64,000 nucleotides of DNA from NCBI RefSeq assembly GCF_009914755.1, contig NC_060932.1; one strand, 5' to 3'. This DNA comes from the human T2T-CHM13v2.0 reference genome, Homo sapiens. This document shows, piece after piece, positions 39,207 through 54,679 of the stretch. The number at the start of each line of letters is the position of its first letter. Within the stretch, counting starts at the first letter, position 1. The notes below the pieces were generated by a model. The model was given only the letters and a program-made list of their open reading frames with translations. It searched no databases and was not told the DNA's origin. The translations under genes were made by a program, and so were the position numbers.

Positions 39207-39855
39207 TGCATTAGTCAGCTTGGGCTGCCTTAACAGACACCATAGCCTCGGGGGCTTAAACTATAGATGTTCATTTCTCACCATTTAGAAGACATAGAGG
39301 TCCCAGATCAAGGGGCCAGCTATTCAGTTGCTGGTAAGGGCTTTCTTCCTGGCTTATAGATGGTCTCCTTCTTGTTGGTCTCTCCACATGGTGGAGAGAG
39401 AAAGCAAGAAAGAGGGCCAGGTGCAGTGGTTCACACCTATAATTCCAGCACCTTGGGAGGCTGAGGTGGGTGAATCACCTGAAGTCAGGAGTTTGAGACC
39501 AGCTGGCTAACATGGTGAAACCCCATCTCTACTAAAAATACAAAAAATTAGCTGGGCGTGGTGGCAGGTGCCTGAGGTACCAGCTTCTTGGGAGGCTGAG
39601 GCAGGAGAACGGCATGAACTCGGGAGGTGGAGTCTGCAGTGAGCCGAGATCGCGCCACTGCACTCTAGCCTGGGCAACAGAGCAAGACTCCGTCTCAACA
39701 ACAAAAATTAGATGGGTGTGGTGGCGCACACAGGTAATCCCAGCTAGTTAGGAGGCTGAGGCAAGAGAATCGCTTGAACCCAGGAGGCAGAGGTTGCAGT
39801 GAGCTGAGTTCATGCCACTGCATTTTAACCTGGGCGACAAAGTGAGACTCCATCT

Positions 39856-39895
<40 letters not shown>

Positions 39896-40085
39896 AGAGA
39901 GGGATAGAGAGATCTGGTGTCTCCTCCTAATGGGACATCAATGCTATCACATCAGAGCCCCATCCTTGTGACCTCATTTAACCTTGATTACTCTCATAAA
40001 GGCCCTGTCTCCAAACTCAGTCACACTGGGAGTTGTAGAATTCAGCATAGGAATTTGGGAGGGACACAAACATTCAGTCCATAAC
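39207..40085 (-). mobile_element. MLT1A/MLT1A0 solo LTR split by an Alu insertion
   Basis: TTAGTCAGCTTGGGCTGCC...GGCTTAAAC; after the Alu, GTGACCTCATTTAACCTTGATTAC...GGGACACAAACATTCAGTCCATAACA. Confidence 0.9.
39415..39892 (+). mobile_element. Three-armed Alu (left arm, AluY-like right arm, AluS-like right arm)
   Basis: Left arm 39415-39550; right arm 39551-39700 with GAACGGCATGAAC (Y-type); second right arm 39711-39856 with GAATCGCTTGAAC (S-type); A36 tail. Confidence 0.93.
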
Positions 40086-40115
40086 AGTACAATTTTAATT
40101 GAAAATGTATATGAT

Positions 40116-40413
40116 GCCAGGCACAGTGTCACACGCGGCACTTTGGGAGGCCAAGGCAGGAGGATTGGGAGGCTGAGGCAGGAGGACTGCTTGAGTCCAA
40201 GTGTTCGAGACCAGCCTGGGCAACAAAGTGAGACCTCATCTCTACAAAAAATTTTAAAAAAATTAGCCAGGCATGGTGGCGCACACCTGTAGTCACGGTT
40301 ACATGGGAAACTGAGGTGGGAGGACTACTTGATCCCAGGAAGTGGAGGCGGCTGTGAGCCATAATTGTACCACCGTACTCCAGCCTGGGTGACAGAGCAA
40401 GACTGTCTCAAAA
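40116..40413 (+). mobile_element. AluJ with an internal ~20-bp duplication
   Basis: J-type GGAGGACTGCTTGAG; TTGGGAGGCYRAGGCAGGAGGA occurs twice. Confidence 0.92.
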
Positions 40414-41579
40414 AGTGTTATGTCTCTATATATTATATCTATTTGCCATGGGAAGGAGAGACAAAAATATGAGCAGTTCTTATGTCCTCTTTGCTTATCG
40501 GTGTTATCTAACTCATCTGCAGTGAGTATATTTTAGTGGTCGATTAAAGAACAAACTTGAAAATCATTTTAGCCCATGTGCTTCGGGCCCTGGTACCTGG
40601 CAAAGATGCATGCACAGTGGCTGTACTTAGCCCCATCTGCTCAGCTCTGCCAGCTGGCTCCAGCACACTCCTGCTAGGAGGGGTGCCCAGAGGAGGATCC
40701 CTGCAACAGACTGACACCTCAACTCTATCCAGTGCCTGCCTGCTCCAGTTAGTGGTCCCTTACCTTTTGGTATCCCTCCTTCTCTGCACTTTTTGGACTT
40801 TGATGCCACATGGAGACCAGGGGCAACTGCCTAAAGGGCGGGACTGAGAAAAGCAACAGACTACCACGCAATTGATATGCAAGAGACAGCCGCAGCAGCC
40901 TTTGTATCAGAGCCTCACAAAAGCGATTCTCTGCAGTTGATATAAAAAGGTGTCAGTTCTGGTTTAAGTACTGTATTACCAGCAAAGATTTATCTGCCTC
41001 AAAGCCGAGCCTCACACCACCAAGGGAATAAACAGCTCTTCTGCTTATCTGTTTCACAGAGCACAATATTTCTCCAGTTGTTTCTGCTTCCAAAAGGACT
41101 TTTTCTTTGCCTTTTCCAGTTGTCTCCAGCAATTTGCAAGAACAAATTACTCATGCCCAGTGATGATGGCAGATGGTCCTATCCACACCCCTTCCTCACC
41201 TGGTCTCTGGGGAGGCTGCACAAAGAGAGCAAAGATACTAAGAGGGTCTTTTAAACTGGGGGCAAGTGAGAATATTGAATTCTGACGTTGAGAAACCAAA
41301 GGATATAAAGGGGCAAGGGAAATCCCTTTACCTTAAAAGGTTAAGAGATTGGCTGGTTTAGAGAGAAAAAAGTCATTTAGAACTGTCTGGCCACTGCGAT
41401 TAGTAGTATCTTTGTGAGATACCAGACCTGGCACAGAGGAGGGTAAGGTCATATGCAGATTTGTCACTTGGAGGATCCTGGCTTCAGGATGAAGAGGTAG
41501 AGACATCTACCATCTCAAGGCTATAGGACTGTCTTCCCAGTAGGGTTATCCCCACTCAAAGTTGCAAAACTATGAAATG

Positions 41580-41750
41580 CCAAGTCTGGAATTGTAGGAA
41601 TCTTGGCTGGATTCCCTCTGTGACTCAGACAGATTACTTAGCCTTTCTGAACCTCAGTTTCTTTTCCTGTAAAATGAAGATGCTAAGAATATTCCTTCTG
41701 TCTCATGGGGGTGTCGTGAGGATCAAATACTATACAACACACAAGTTTAA
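41580..41750 (+). mobile_element. MIR SINE
   Basis: TCTGAACCTCAGTTTCTTTTCCTGTAAAATGAAGATG...GTCGTGAGGATCAAAT. Confidence 0.85.
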
Positions 41751-43084
41751 ATGTTGCAGGTGTGTATGTGTGTATGTGTGTGTGCGCGTGTGTCCGCACA
41801 TGCGTGTGTGCTCATAGAGTATGTCTACTCGCTGAGGCTTGAAACCTGAACAGGGAACAAGGTCTTTCATACCACAAGTAGTAGCAGGTTTAATTGGCAA
41901 GTATTTATTCCTGGGAGTTGTAACGGGGGGGGGGCTTCAATTCACGTTCAGGCATGGTGACAAAGATGAGGTCCTGTGCTGACAGCAGTGTGCTGGCTGG
42001 GTGAGACAGCAGTGTCTGTCTCGGTGGGGAGGAAAGATGGTGTTTCAGGAGAGATAAAGAGTACAGAAATGGCAGGTGTGGGAAGGCCATATGAAGACAG
42101 AATTCCCTGCCTATAGACTTGTTTGGATGCCACCTGACTGGTTCTCAGATTTTCTGACCCATATTAGCCAAACTGTGCTGGAAAGCTGGGGGAGGCAGTG
42201 TGACGTAAACCTTCAAGTACCCACCAAGGGGGCAACCAACTTTAAACGCAAAGTGGTCCCAGCAGTTTTTCTTATATAAGCTGCTGCAGTGGCTTTATTA
42301 GTACTAACAGCCCTGTCACAGCAGCCATGGCTGGCTGGCCTGGGGACAGTGTGCAAACTGAAGATAGCCACACCAGGGCAGAGGGGGGCCTCCCAGGTGC
42401 TTCCAGCCTGACCTGCAGGAGCTCTGATCAATCTCTCTGAATAAATAAAGGCAGGCTTCTCCCCAAGGTACCTGCTGGGCTACTGAGGGACTTCTGTCCT
42501 GCTTCACATTCCAACCTATCCCTGCCAGGAGCCCAGGAGCCCATGTTCCACTTAGGGGTTCAGCCTTCGGCAGTAATGAGCCAGAGACATGTGCATTCTG
42601 CAGGCATCTTTCCCAGACACTTGGACAGAGTCCAGCCCTACATCAAGGCACTGCTCTTCTGAAGCACCCAAAATTGTATTGTTAATGTTAATGCTGCTTG
42701 GGAAAAAATCCACTTGTTCTTATAGGTTCCCTTATGCTTAAGATATTCTGTGGCTTATGTCATGGACTGTAGCAGTTGGTAGGGTTTTCTTAAGGATTCT
42801 GACCTCAGAGAATATGATGAGTGTGAACTTTGTGGAGGATATATACAAACTTGCCAGGCTACCTTCTGGTCTGTATTTCACTTAGAAGCTTCTTTCAAAA
42901 TGTATCTTGTTCAAATAGTATTCTGTTCCTAATATGGGCTTTGGAAAAGCCAGGCATCTTCCCTGGGCCCAGTGATCTCAATGGCCTTTGAAGCATCAGG
43001 AAAGAACTCTGTATGTGTATTGGGGATGGGGAGTGGGCTGACTACAATCACAGAGGCATAATTTCATCAGGTATAACTATCTCT

Positions 43085-43300
43085 ATTCAACAGTTTACTC
43101 ATTCTTTGATCTGACCTACACTTACTGAAACCTATTACATGCTGCCACTATGCTAAGCACCAGGCATATAGAAGTTAATCAGCAGGTTTTCTGCCCTCAA
43201 AGAAAACACAGTCCAACAGTAACAATCGCACAGAGTGCAATGGAGTGAGGCTACAAAGATGTCCAGTGTACAGTGGAGATACAAAAGAGGTTGCCCTAGC
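43085..43300 (-). mobile_element. L2 3' end fragment
   Basis: CACTTACTGAAACCTATTACATGCTGCCACTATGCTAAGCAC...CTGCCCTCAAAGA. Confidence 0.7.
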
Positions 43301-43574
43301 TGTGATGCCTGCCTCCCACTCCCTCCCCTGCCAGGTTAAGTCTCTAATAAAATGTTGGCACGTAGCAAAAGAAAGTACCAGATTCCAGGTTTAAAGGACA
43401 GTGTAAGAATAGAGGCACAGTACTTTGCATTGAGATCAGAAAATGGAAGTATCATTGCATGATTGGGATAAAGAGAGAGAAAGGTGGTAGGTGTGTGTTA
43501 GGGTGGGGTTTATGGAACCCCAATACTAGGGATGGGAAAACTTGGAGGGGTTGTTAAGGGGGTGGTGAGGATGG

Positions 43575-44104
43575 GCAGCTGACTTGGTTGACTATCCAAC
43601 GTCATCTCACTCCTCCATTTCTTTTTCATGAACATTCTAGAGCTACCAAGTGCTTGAGTTGAGGCCCAGGCAATCAAGGTCTTTCCAGTCCCCTTCCCGA
43701 TGAGCAATTTAGACAGGGCATATGATGTGATTCTATCCAATGACACATGAGTTATCCCGGAAGTCAACTGGAATGGATTTTCCCAGCTCTTGAAAAGAGC
43801 TGTTTCAAGAACAGTCTCTTTTCCTGCCTTTTGATACTGCATCTTCACATATCATCTGGAAATGCTATGGTTGTCTTGGGATCCAAAGGAGAACCCTACC
43901 AAAAAAATCAACTCAATACCCTCAGGATGGAAAAGTAAGCAGATGGAAACAACCTGGTCCCTTAATGTCACTGAATCAACAGGACCCAGAACTATTATGT
44001 TCCCACACTTACTGGGATGTGAGAGCATGCAATTTTATTATCATTAAAGCTATTTTTAGTTCATCCTTCCATTACCTGCAGCCAGAAGCATCCCAACCGA
44101 TACA
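43575..44104 (+). mobile_element. Ancient ERVL-type LTR (LTR33-like; an old MLT1 is not excluded)
   Basis: AGGATGGAAAAGTAAGCAGATGGAAACAACCTGGTCCCTT; terminal TTACCTGCAGCCAGAAGCATCCCAACCGATACA. Confidence 0.65.
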
Positions 44105-44109
44105 CAAAA

Positions 44110-44980
44110 GGAGGAGAAGAGGGTGATAACTCCAGCCAAGCATGCTGAGTGGGAAGTTCCCTCATGGTAAATAAATGGGTAGATACACAGAGTGAGCAGT
44201 GATTCATACAGAACTGGAGCTCCACATACTTAGACCTGAGAGCATCTGTACAGAGGTGTCATCTGAAACCACAGGTGGTGAAAAGGTGACGCAGACCACA
44301 CGTTGTACTGGAGCAATGGTGCTGAACACTGCAGGGAGTCTGCAGGAGACCTGTCAGTTAGCCAATGGTAGGTGGCCATTGGTTACCTTTTGGGGAGTAG
44401 CTTTAGTGCAAGGTATAGACAGCATATTGCAATAATTAAGGAGTTGGGATGAAGGGATAGAGAGAAAATGGTGCAGCAAAGAAATCCTATACTTTCAAAA
44501 GTCTATTGAAGAAGTAAAGGAGAGAAGTAAAATGATAGCTTAAGAGAATAGTGGTTCTGAGGAAAGAGATCTTAAGGATGACATGATCTACACATGTGTG
44601 TAGGCAGGAAAAGGAGCTGGTGGAGCCCCTGAGTATAAAGGGGTGGGAACTTCTGCTCAGTGGTAAGAGCATAACAGATGGAAGGACAGGTCCTCCTCAG
44701 AGCTTGAGGGAAAGAGAAGCAGTTGCTAGCCCTGAAGAAAGATTTTGAGCTGGAGAGGAGGGAAGGCACAGGCACAGCCCTGTGTAGTTTAGAAAGCATG
44801 TTGGCATACACGATCATATTTGGTCCCACCCAAACTTTAGAAGTTGGGTGCTATCATCATCTCCACTTCAGAGGTAACGAGCTTGAATTTTGTGAAGGTT
44901 CGCACCAGAAAATCATAGCACTCATGTGAAACAACGCTCTGCCTGTTCTCAAATCCTGTGCCCTTTCATTGTACAGGGTT
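44110..44980 (-). mobile_element. L2 fragments followed by a MIR fragment
   Basis: GGTGGCCATTGGTTACCTTT (L2); CTATCATCATCTCCACTTCAGAGGTAA (MIR). Confidence 0.55.
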
Positions 44981-45023
44981 GGGTCAGCTGACTGCTTTCT
45001 AGGAAAAAGGAAGTAGAGAAGGG

Positions 45024-45180
45024 TGGTGGTTCCTACACTGGCTTACTGTGAGGATCCCTGTGCAACTTTTAAAAATACAAAGTCCTGGACCCCATCCCCT
45101 TGCTGTTCTGATGCTGTGGACCTGGGCAGGCAATGTAAACTTGGATTGCTAAAAGCCTCTACTTTGGTTTAGAGAACTAG
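45024..45180. mobile_element. MER5-like hAT-Charlie MITE
   Basis: GTGGTTCCTACACTGGCT...TTTTAAAAATACA..GTCCTGGACCCCATCCCC...TTTAGAGAACTA, with degenerate terminal inverted repeats. Confidence 0.6.
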
Positions 45181-45335
45181 AGAATCAATGAACACAGATT
45201 CTTAGGAGGTGCTAACTCTGCTGCCTTTAAACCTTAGCACGGTACCCCACACATATGAGATTCTCAGAATTACTTGTGAAAGGGCTAGAAGAAAACAGAA
45301 AGGAAGAGGAGAGAGAGGAAGAAGCATAAATAATC

Positions 45336-45641
<306 letters not shown>

Positions 45642-45694
45642 TCACCACACTATTCTGTTTTGACTCAAAACCCAGATGTCCTCATCCCTAGGCT

Positions 45695-45990
45695 ATTTTA
45701 TTTTTGAGATAGAGTCTCCCTCTGTTGCCCAGGCTGGAGTACAGTGGCATGATCACAGCTCACTGTAGCCTTGACCTCAGGGTTCAAGCCAGCCTCCAAC
45801 CTCAGCCCCCCCCCAACACCCAACCAAGTAGCTGGGACCACAGGTATGTGCCACCATGCCTGCTAATTTTTTATAGAAACAGAGCTTCATTATATTGTCC
45901 AAGCTAGTCTTAAATTCCTAGACTCAAGCAATCCTTCTGCCTTGGCTTCCCAAAGTGCCAGGATTATAGAACTGAGCCACTGTGCCCAGC
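45695..45990 (-). mobile_element. AluJ
   Basis: Antisense Alu with J-type ATCACAGCTCACTGTAGCCTTGACCTC and CTCAAGCAATCC. Confidence 0.93.
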
Positions 45991-46568
45991 GTCCCTGAGA
46001 TTTAGAACTAAGAAAAGATTACATTCCAGGCCCAAATCTAAATGGTCTTGTCTTCAGAGAACAGATGCTGTCGGTCCTCCATCCCTCATTCCATGACCTG
46101 CTTCCCAGCTAGTTCTTAGGAACAGTTTGATATGCATTGCCATTTAAGCTTCCTGAATTCCCTTTGACCAAAGAGTAGAGGACATGGTGGGAGATTTTCT
46201 AAGGACAATGCACCTCACAAAGGGACCAGGCGCCTGCAGTATGCCCCAATCCTCCCTCCTGGAAGAAGGCTGTGAACTTGGCATACATTTTCATGAGGCC
46301 ACCTCCAGCAAGAGCACCCACAGTAAGTTTTGGAGGGCTGGGGCTGAGATGACACTATACAAGTGTGTGTGCATGTGCAAATTAGCACACGTGACTTGGG
46401 CTAAATATTGTGAGGAGATATGCAACCGGACAGACCAAATACTACAAGACTCTAAGGGAGAGGTGGCCCCATCTCCTGCGCCCTCACCCACGTTGGGAGC
46501 TGGATCCCAGCAAGCTGAAAGCCCAGTCGTGGATCCACAAAGTGAAAAAAGAAGCATTTTTAATATGA

Positions 46569-46893
<325 letters not shown>

Positions 46894-48339
46894 TATTTCT
46901 CCATATTATTATTATTATTATTACTCTTCGCACCCATGCGCTCATCTGCCATGAAATGTCCGAGCAAGCGCTACATGTGCGGGTTTCTCTTGCTGTCATC
47001 CTTGTTCTTACAAAAAGGAGAATTTAAAAAAAATCCCTCCACTTTGCTGTCTGCCAACCCAAAAAGCACAAGGAGCCAGGGTTGTACCTTTCTCCACCTC
47101 ATATGTCTGCCCAGCCCTGTATATTTTACATGCCTGCACAATGCATTTTATGAGACATATAAAAGCCAGACGGGAATTATCTCCTTCCCTTGTACGGGCT
47201 GTCTCTTTTTGGGGGAGAGATAACAGAGACCTATTTCATTTTCCTGCTTGCTACTGGATGCTCTGCCATAAATTGAGAAAAGAAGCTCTTTTTGAAAAAT
47301 GCTTTCTTTGACCCCATTGTCACTGGGAAACTGCAGTGAGAGAAATACCATTCTCTGTAGGATCTCAGTTTAGAGCAGAGAAAATGCAGGAAGAAGTGGT
47401 TCTTTTTGGCTCTTCTGTTCTCTCCTCCCGCTCCCTCCACATTTGTTCAGGTAGGAGAGGTGGAGAGAGGTGAAGGTATCTCACTGCTAAGAGGACATGA
47501 AGAATGCAAGCAACAAAGTCCTGGCTTTTCTGAACTCTCCCCACCTCCAGATAGACAGGGGTGCAGACCTCCATAGGAATGCATTCACTCCATCCAAGCT
47601 GCAATATGCAGCCCAGTCCATGCCTGGGTGAGCCTAGAAATTAAACTGTACTTTCACCTCTGAAGAATGTTGTCCCTGCCAGTGTGCTGAAGGGGAGAGA
47701 CTGCCAGTCCACTGGGTTATCGAGTGCTGAGAGTGGAGATGCAGAAGCCTCTGTGGGCCCTGGTGGGGAGGTCTGGTCATCATCCACCTTCCTGGTACGG
47801 CACAGGCTCATGTGCAGAGTTCATGGCCACCCTCACCCTTCCATCAGAGCAAAGGTAGACCTGCGTCTCCTCACCCCACTGCTGCTTGGAATTTCTTCTT
47901 ATAAGACACATCTCTTTGTATTCCTCTCTGACCTTTTCAGCCATCCTCTGTTAAAACCCGAACACTCCATTCTTTCCTCCATCTACCTAGTTGGTTATCC
48001 ATGTTGCCTCTAATAACATAGCGTAGATGACTTTATCAAGGGCTTCCCTTTCTAAAGGACATCATCCACAACTGTTCAAGGACCCCGTGTATTTGAAGGG
48101 GATCAGTGAATGCTAACAACAACAAAATCCGCAGGCGAACAAAAATGAGATAGAAAACACATTGGGTTAACAGTACAGTTTTACTGGGACTGACTGTATC
48201 CATTGAGTGGCGGTTTTGTGCGTGCCAGACCCCTGCAGTATGGGGAGAAGAATGCAGAAGTTGGGACTGTGGGGTGAAGGGGCTGCTGCCCACCATGGGC
48301 AGCCACAGAGGGCTGAGAAGGAGCAGGGGGAAAAGAACC

Positions 48340-48560
48340 TGAGATTTCCAAAATCTAAGTTTGATCCTATCACTCCTCTGCTTAGTCTTCCAATGGCTTT
48401 CAACCACTTAGAATCTGATCCCAAGCCCATGGTGGCTTGGTTCCTGGTAACTGTCTGACCTCATCTTCCATAATCCTTTCCCCCATTCACTGCACCCCAG
48501 CCTCCCTGGCCTTTCTGATATGACTCGAAGCCTCCAAGCAAGAGGCTATCTCAGGGACTG
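48340..48560 (+). mobile_element. L2 fragment
   Basis: ATCACTCCTCTGCTTAGTCTTCCAATGGCTT...CACTGCACCCCAGCCTCCCTGGCCTTTCT. Confidence 0.8.
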
Positions 48561-48881
48561 TAGTAAAGACAGGAATCCGTCTTAGGACAAACATGTCTAT
48601 TTTTAATGCCATCTTGCATGATGACTTCTGGGCATATCAGGAAGTTCCAGGGCTGTCATGAGAACAATGGAGTCTGGTTGATACAATTTAGTTATCTAAG
48701 AGTCTGGAAAGAGTTTTCAGGATCAATGCTCATCAACATGTGTTTCTATAGCCCTCATTTATTCCACTGCCACGTCTAATTTAGGATGCCCAGAAGACCC
48801 CAAGTTATGTATATGTGACAAAAGGTCTGCTCAAAACTTTTCTGGAATATTGAGACTTAAACATGGGAAATTTTAAGAGAA

Positions 48882-48929
48882 ATATATATCTATAGATATA
48901 GATATAGATATAGTTATAGATATAGATAT
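48882..48929. repeat. (TAGATA)n simple repeat
   Basis: Read directly from the sequence. Confidence 0.9.
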
Positions 48930-49098
48930 GATGTGTTCTAGAACAGATCATGAGAGATCTAGGCACTCTTCTTGAGTTTTGTTTTCCCTGAAGCATCAGG
49001 GAGAGATAAATGGAAGACTGATAAGTGAAAATGACCCATTAAATATGGGTAGGATTTAGGTAAAGGAATATCTAGAATGCTATTATAAGATCAGGTAT

Positions 49099-49438
<340 letters not shown>

Positions 49439-49906
49439 TCACAGATGGGAAAGAGGATATCAAGTAGCAAGTATCAAGTAGCTGTGTTCTGACCTAAAAT
49501 TCTGAGGATTTGTCCATCTTGTTTTATGCAGAGGACCGCATCCTCTTTCACTTTCTCCCTGAGGAAGAACCTCTCACACTGAAGCCACACACATTTTCTG
49601 CTCCAGGGCTAATCCCACAGCTGAGAGCAGGGTAAGCCTCCTCCCTCCCCAGCTCTGGGTAATACCAGTAACAGAATTTGCAGTGATATGCCAGCTTTCT
49701 AGGATTGAAAAGAGGAGGCAATAGAATGGTTGACCCTAGGGCCAGGACAAGGTCTTGGGGTCAGTTCTTCTCCACCCATACATCAGAAAGCAAGATCTCC
49801 CCTCCTTTCCAGATGGGTCATGATTGCCTGACTGATGAATGAGAGCACTGAGATCAGGCACTCAGTGTCATTCAAACCACCTCTCATTCTTGCACACAAA
49901 AGCCTT

Positions 49907-50224
49907 GGTGGCTCACAACTGTAATTAATCCTAGCACTTTGGGAGGAGGCAGGAAGATTGCCTGAGCTCAAGAGTTTGAGACCAGCATGGGCAACACGAC
50001 GAAACCCCATCTCTACTAAAATACAAAAAATTAGCTGGGCATGGCGGTGTGCACCTGTAGTCCCAGCTACTCAGGAAACTGAGGCAGGAGAATCACTTGA
50101 ACTTGGGAGGCAGAGGTTGCAGTGAGCCGAGATTACACCACTGCACTCCAGCCTGGCTAAGAGAGTGAGACTCCATTCCCCCACACCCCCCATCTCCGTC
50201 CCGCAAAAAAAAAAAAAAAAAAAA
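49907..50224 (+). mobile_element. Alu (S/J-like), slightly 5'-truncated, with a C-rich insert before the tail
   Basis: Dimeric Alu; TSD AAAAGCCTTGG. Confidence 0.95.
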
Positions 50225-51236
50225 GCCTTGGGGCCACAAGTGGAAAATGGAGGGAAATGTTTTTAATCCTTTACTTTGAGAATGCTGATGGAAGGCTTCA
50301 GCAGGCTGATATCACAGTAAGCCAAAAGGGGTGTCTCAAAGAGTTTCCATATGTATAATATTCATTCCTGCAACGAAGACAGCCACATCAGGTTATTTTA
50401 AGAAAGAAAAGAATGTAGTTAATCATGAAGTGTCCATTTGATCAGGTTTCCTAATAAGATTTTGGTCATGGACCCTATATTACTTTCTACTTTAATAGAC
50501 AAATACAAAGTTAGACAATAGCTATTGGTATCAAGATAGGTAGATGACTTCTAGCCATATTTATTCAGTCAGCATCCCAACTCTGTTAATAGAGTCAGCC
50601 TGTGCTTTCTGAACAATTATACATGCCGACACAAACCAATCCAATAGATGCCGAAAAGATGTTGCATCCCACCTGAATGCAGATGAGGTCTGTAGTCCAA
50701 GGAAGCCCCAGTTGTCTGGGTCCACAGAGGACAGTCACTGTTGCATCCTTGGGTGCAGAACTCTTGGCCCAAGATCTGAGTATGCTGAGCTTCTTAGAAG
50801 CCATGGCTGCTGGAGGCCAGGATCTCATTAACAGTTCCTACCAACAGTCTTAAAAGGCAGGACTCTGTGGACTCCAGCCCAGGGGGATGCTTTGATTCTG
50901 CATGTTTATTGACAGAAGCCAGGTATCTCTGCTGACACCCACTCTGGCTTCCTCAGATCTCTTAGCCAGTATCCACCAGCCCATGGGAAACAGCTCCGTT
51001 TCTAGGCTCTGCAAACCTGCGTGGGGTGATGAAAACTCAAGGATTTCTCAAAGCTGGCTGAGTGTATGGCTCCCTCCCGCTCATCTCCTGTGAAGATTAT
51101 AACAGGGAAGGAAATGAGGAGAAAAGCAGGCCGAGCAAATTTCTAAGCCAGCTGAAAAATGTGGCCAGTGGCTAGTGAAAAGAGAATGCTTTAGAATAAG
51201 GGGGATTTATTCATGGACACCTGTCAGGGACTGTCA

Positions 51237-51835
<599 letters not shown>

Positions 51836-52193
51836 ATGTCCTCAATGGGGACATAAGATAAGTCTGTCTGCCAAAGGTAAAGAAGATGAGATAGAGAAAT
51901 GGAAAAGTGGCATTTCCTTCCCAAGAGCCAGGAGTGACTTTCATGATGGGTCCAAGTGCAGCCAAGCTGGAGGCTAAGATGCAAGGGGTTTACGCCTCTC
52001 CTTGCTGTGGGAATACTGGGCCTGGGCTCCATGCATCTGGCCAATTTTGCAGCAGATTTATGAAGCTGCAGATTCCGAGGAAATGGGCCAGCTAACCACA
52101 GCCAGAGCCTAGGGCTGCTCTGGAGTGCTGCTGCCAGTTTGGAGAGTCAAACTAGGAGAGTCGCTTACCTGTTATACTCTCAGGCTCTCCACA

Positions 52194-52753
52194 TGAGGCA
52201 GGAGAATAGGTTCTGGAGGCAGGAAACCTATGGCTGAATCACACTGACTTCTTAGAACTAAATCATAAGGAAAACCCCAACTTTCCACACCTAAGTAACA
52301 AAAGGACCAGAGGCTATTCCCTTTGCAAATCGCCCCCACCTTTTCTGCATGGCAGATGGAAAATTCAAAGTACCTCTAATTGGTTGCCTTCTGCAACCAA
52401 TCAGACTGATTGGGGCCAAGTCTTCATTTGCATAGAAGTGTAACTTTGTAACTTCACTTTAGCCTCTTATTGGTTGCTCTCCACAACCAATCAAACTGAC
52501 TGCAGTCTACTACTTCATTTGCATGAAGCGTACACCAAGTGGCCACTGGGAAACCTTTAGAGGGTATTCAAACCAGAACATTCTGTAACCAGGCTCTTGA
52601 CCCCCTATGCTCAGGCCTGCTCCCACCCTGTGGAGTGTACTTTCATTTTCAATAAATCTCTGCTTTTGTTGCTTCATTCTTTGTTTTGTTTGTGCATTCT
52701 GTCCAGTTCTTTGTTCAAGATGCCAAGAACCTGGACACCCTCCACTGGTAACA
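52194..52753 (+). mobile_element. MER51 (A/B-like) ERV1 solo LTR with a perfect 4-bp TSD
   Basis: TGAGGCAGGAGAATAGG...CCTCCACTGGTAACA; CACA on both sides; repeated CCAAT/ATTGG boxes, two ATTTGCAT octamers, AATAAA. Confidence 0.92.
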
Positions 52754-53344
52754 CACAGAGCAGTGACCCTTAACCTTCTGACTTGTAACACCCCATCTTG
52801 GTTGGATTTGGGGTCATCAGCTCCCATTCTCCTCTATGTAACAAGATAGCAAAATCCATATGCATTACAATATTCTCAGGGCTTTGTACTTTCTCAGAAA
52901 GGCCTCCATAAATATTCAAATTCTAATTTTAAAAACATAGTTGGAAAGGACGTTAGCAACCATCTTGTCCAATATCCTACCCAAGGAAGTAAACACCTCC
53001 ACATCAACCCTCGCAGATGGGCACTGCAGCCTTCCTATTTCTCCTAGAATGAGAATTATAAAGAGATTCAGCTGTTATTTCAACTGTGATTCTTAAACTT
53101 GAAAATGAATTACAACTAACTTTGTTTAAACAATATTTTGAAATTTTATTGTTATTAAGATCTGTGAGCACTTCATGAGAATTTATACTTTCTGGAGAAA
53201 ACTTATCAATAAAACATTTAATGATATGAGTCACGTGCCTTGAAATATGCCAAGTATTATAATGATAAAAAAAATTACAAGTGGAAAATGTAAGACAAAT
53301 CCTGTAACCTCTTAAGATAAGAACGCTGAAAGTCAAAATCTGTG

Positions 53345-54377
<1,033 letters not shown>

Positions 54378-54679
54378 ATATTCAAGTCTCACCTTTGAGA
54401 CTGATCTCCCATGTGTTTTGAGCAAGTTTCTGCACTTCTCTGGGCCTCACTTTTTCCATCTAAATGGAACCCAAGTAGAACTGCTTTACCAGTGGCCAGT
54501 CTCAGCACAGTCTCAGCCATGACCACAATAACCACGAGACTGATGTCCCAGAAAACAATTAGAAAAAAAAACAAAAAACAAAACCTTCAGTATTTTTGGG
54601 TTAAAACAATCACTTGAAACTACATCTAACTTTTTCTGTCTCCTATTCTACAACAAACATTTTTAAAGAGGAATATTCT

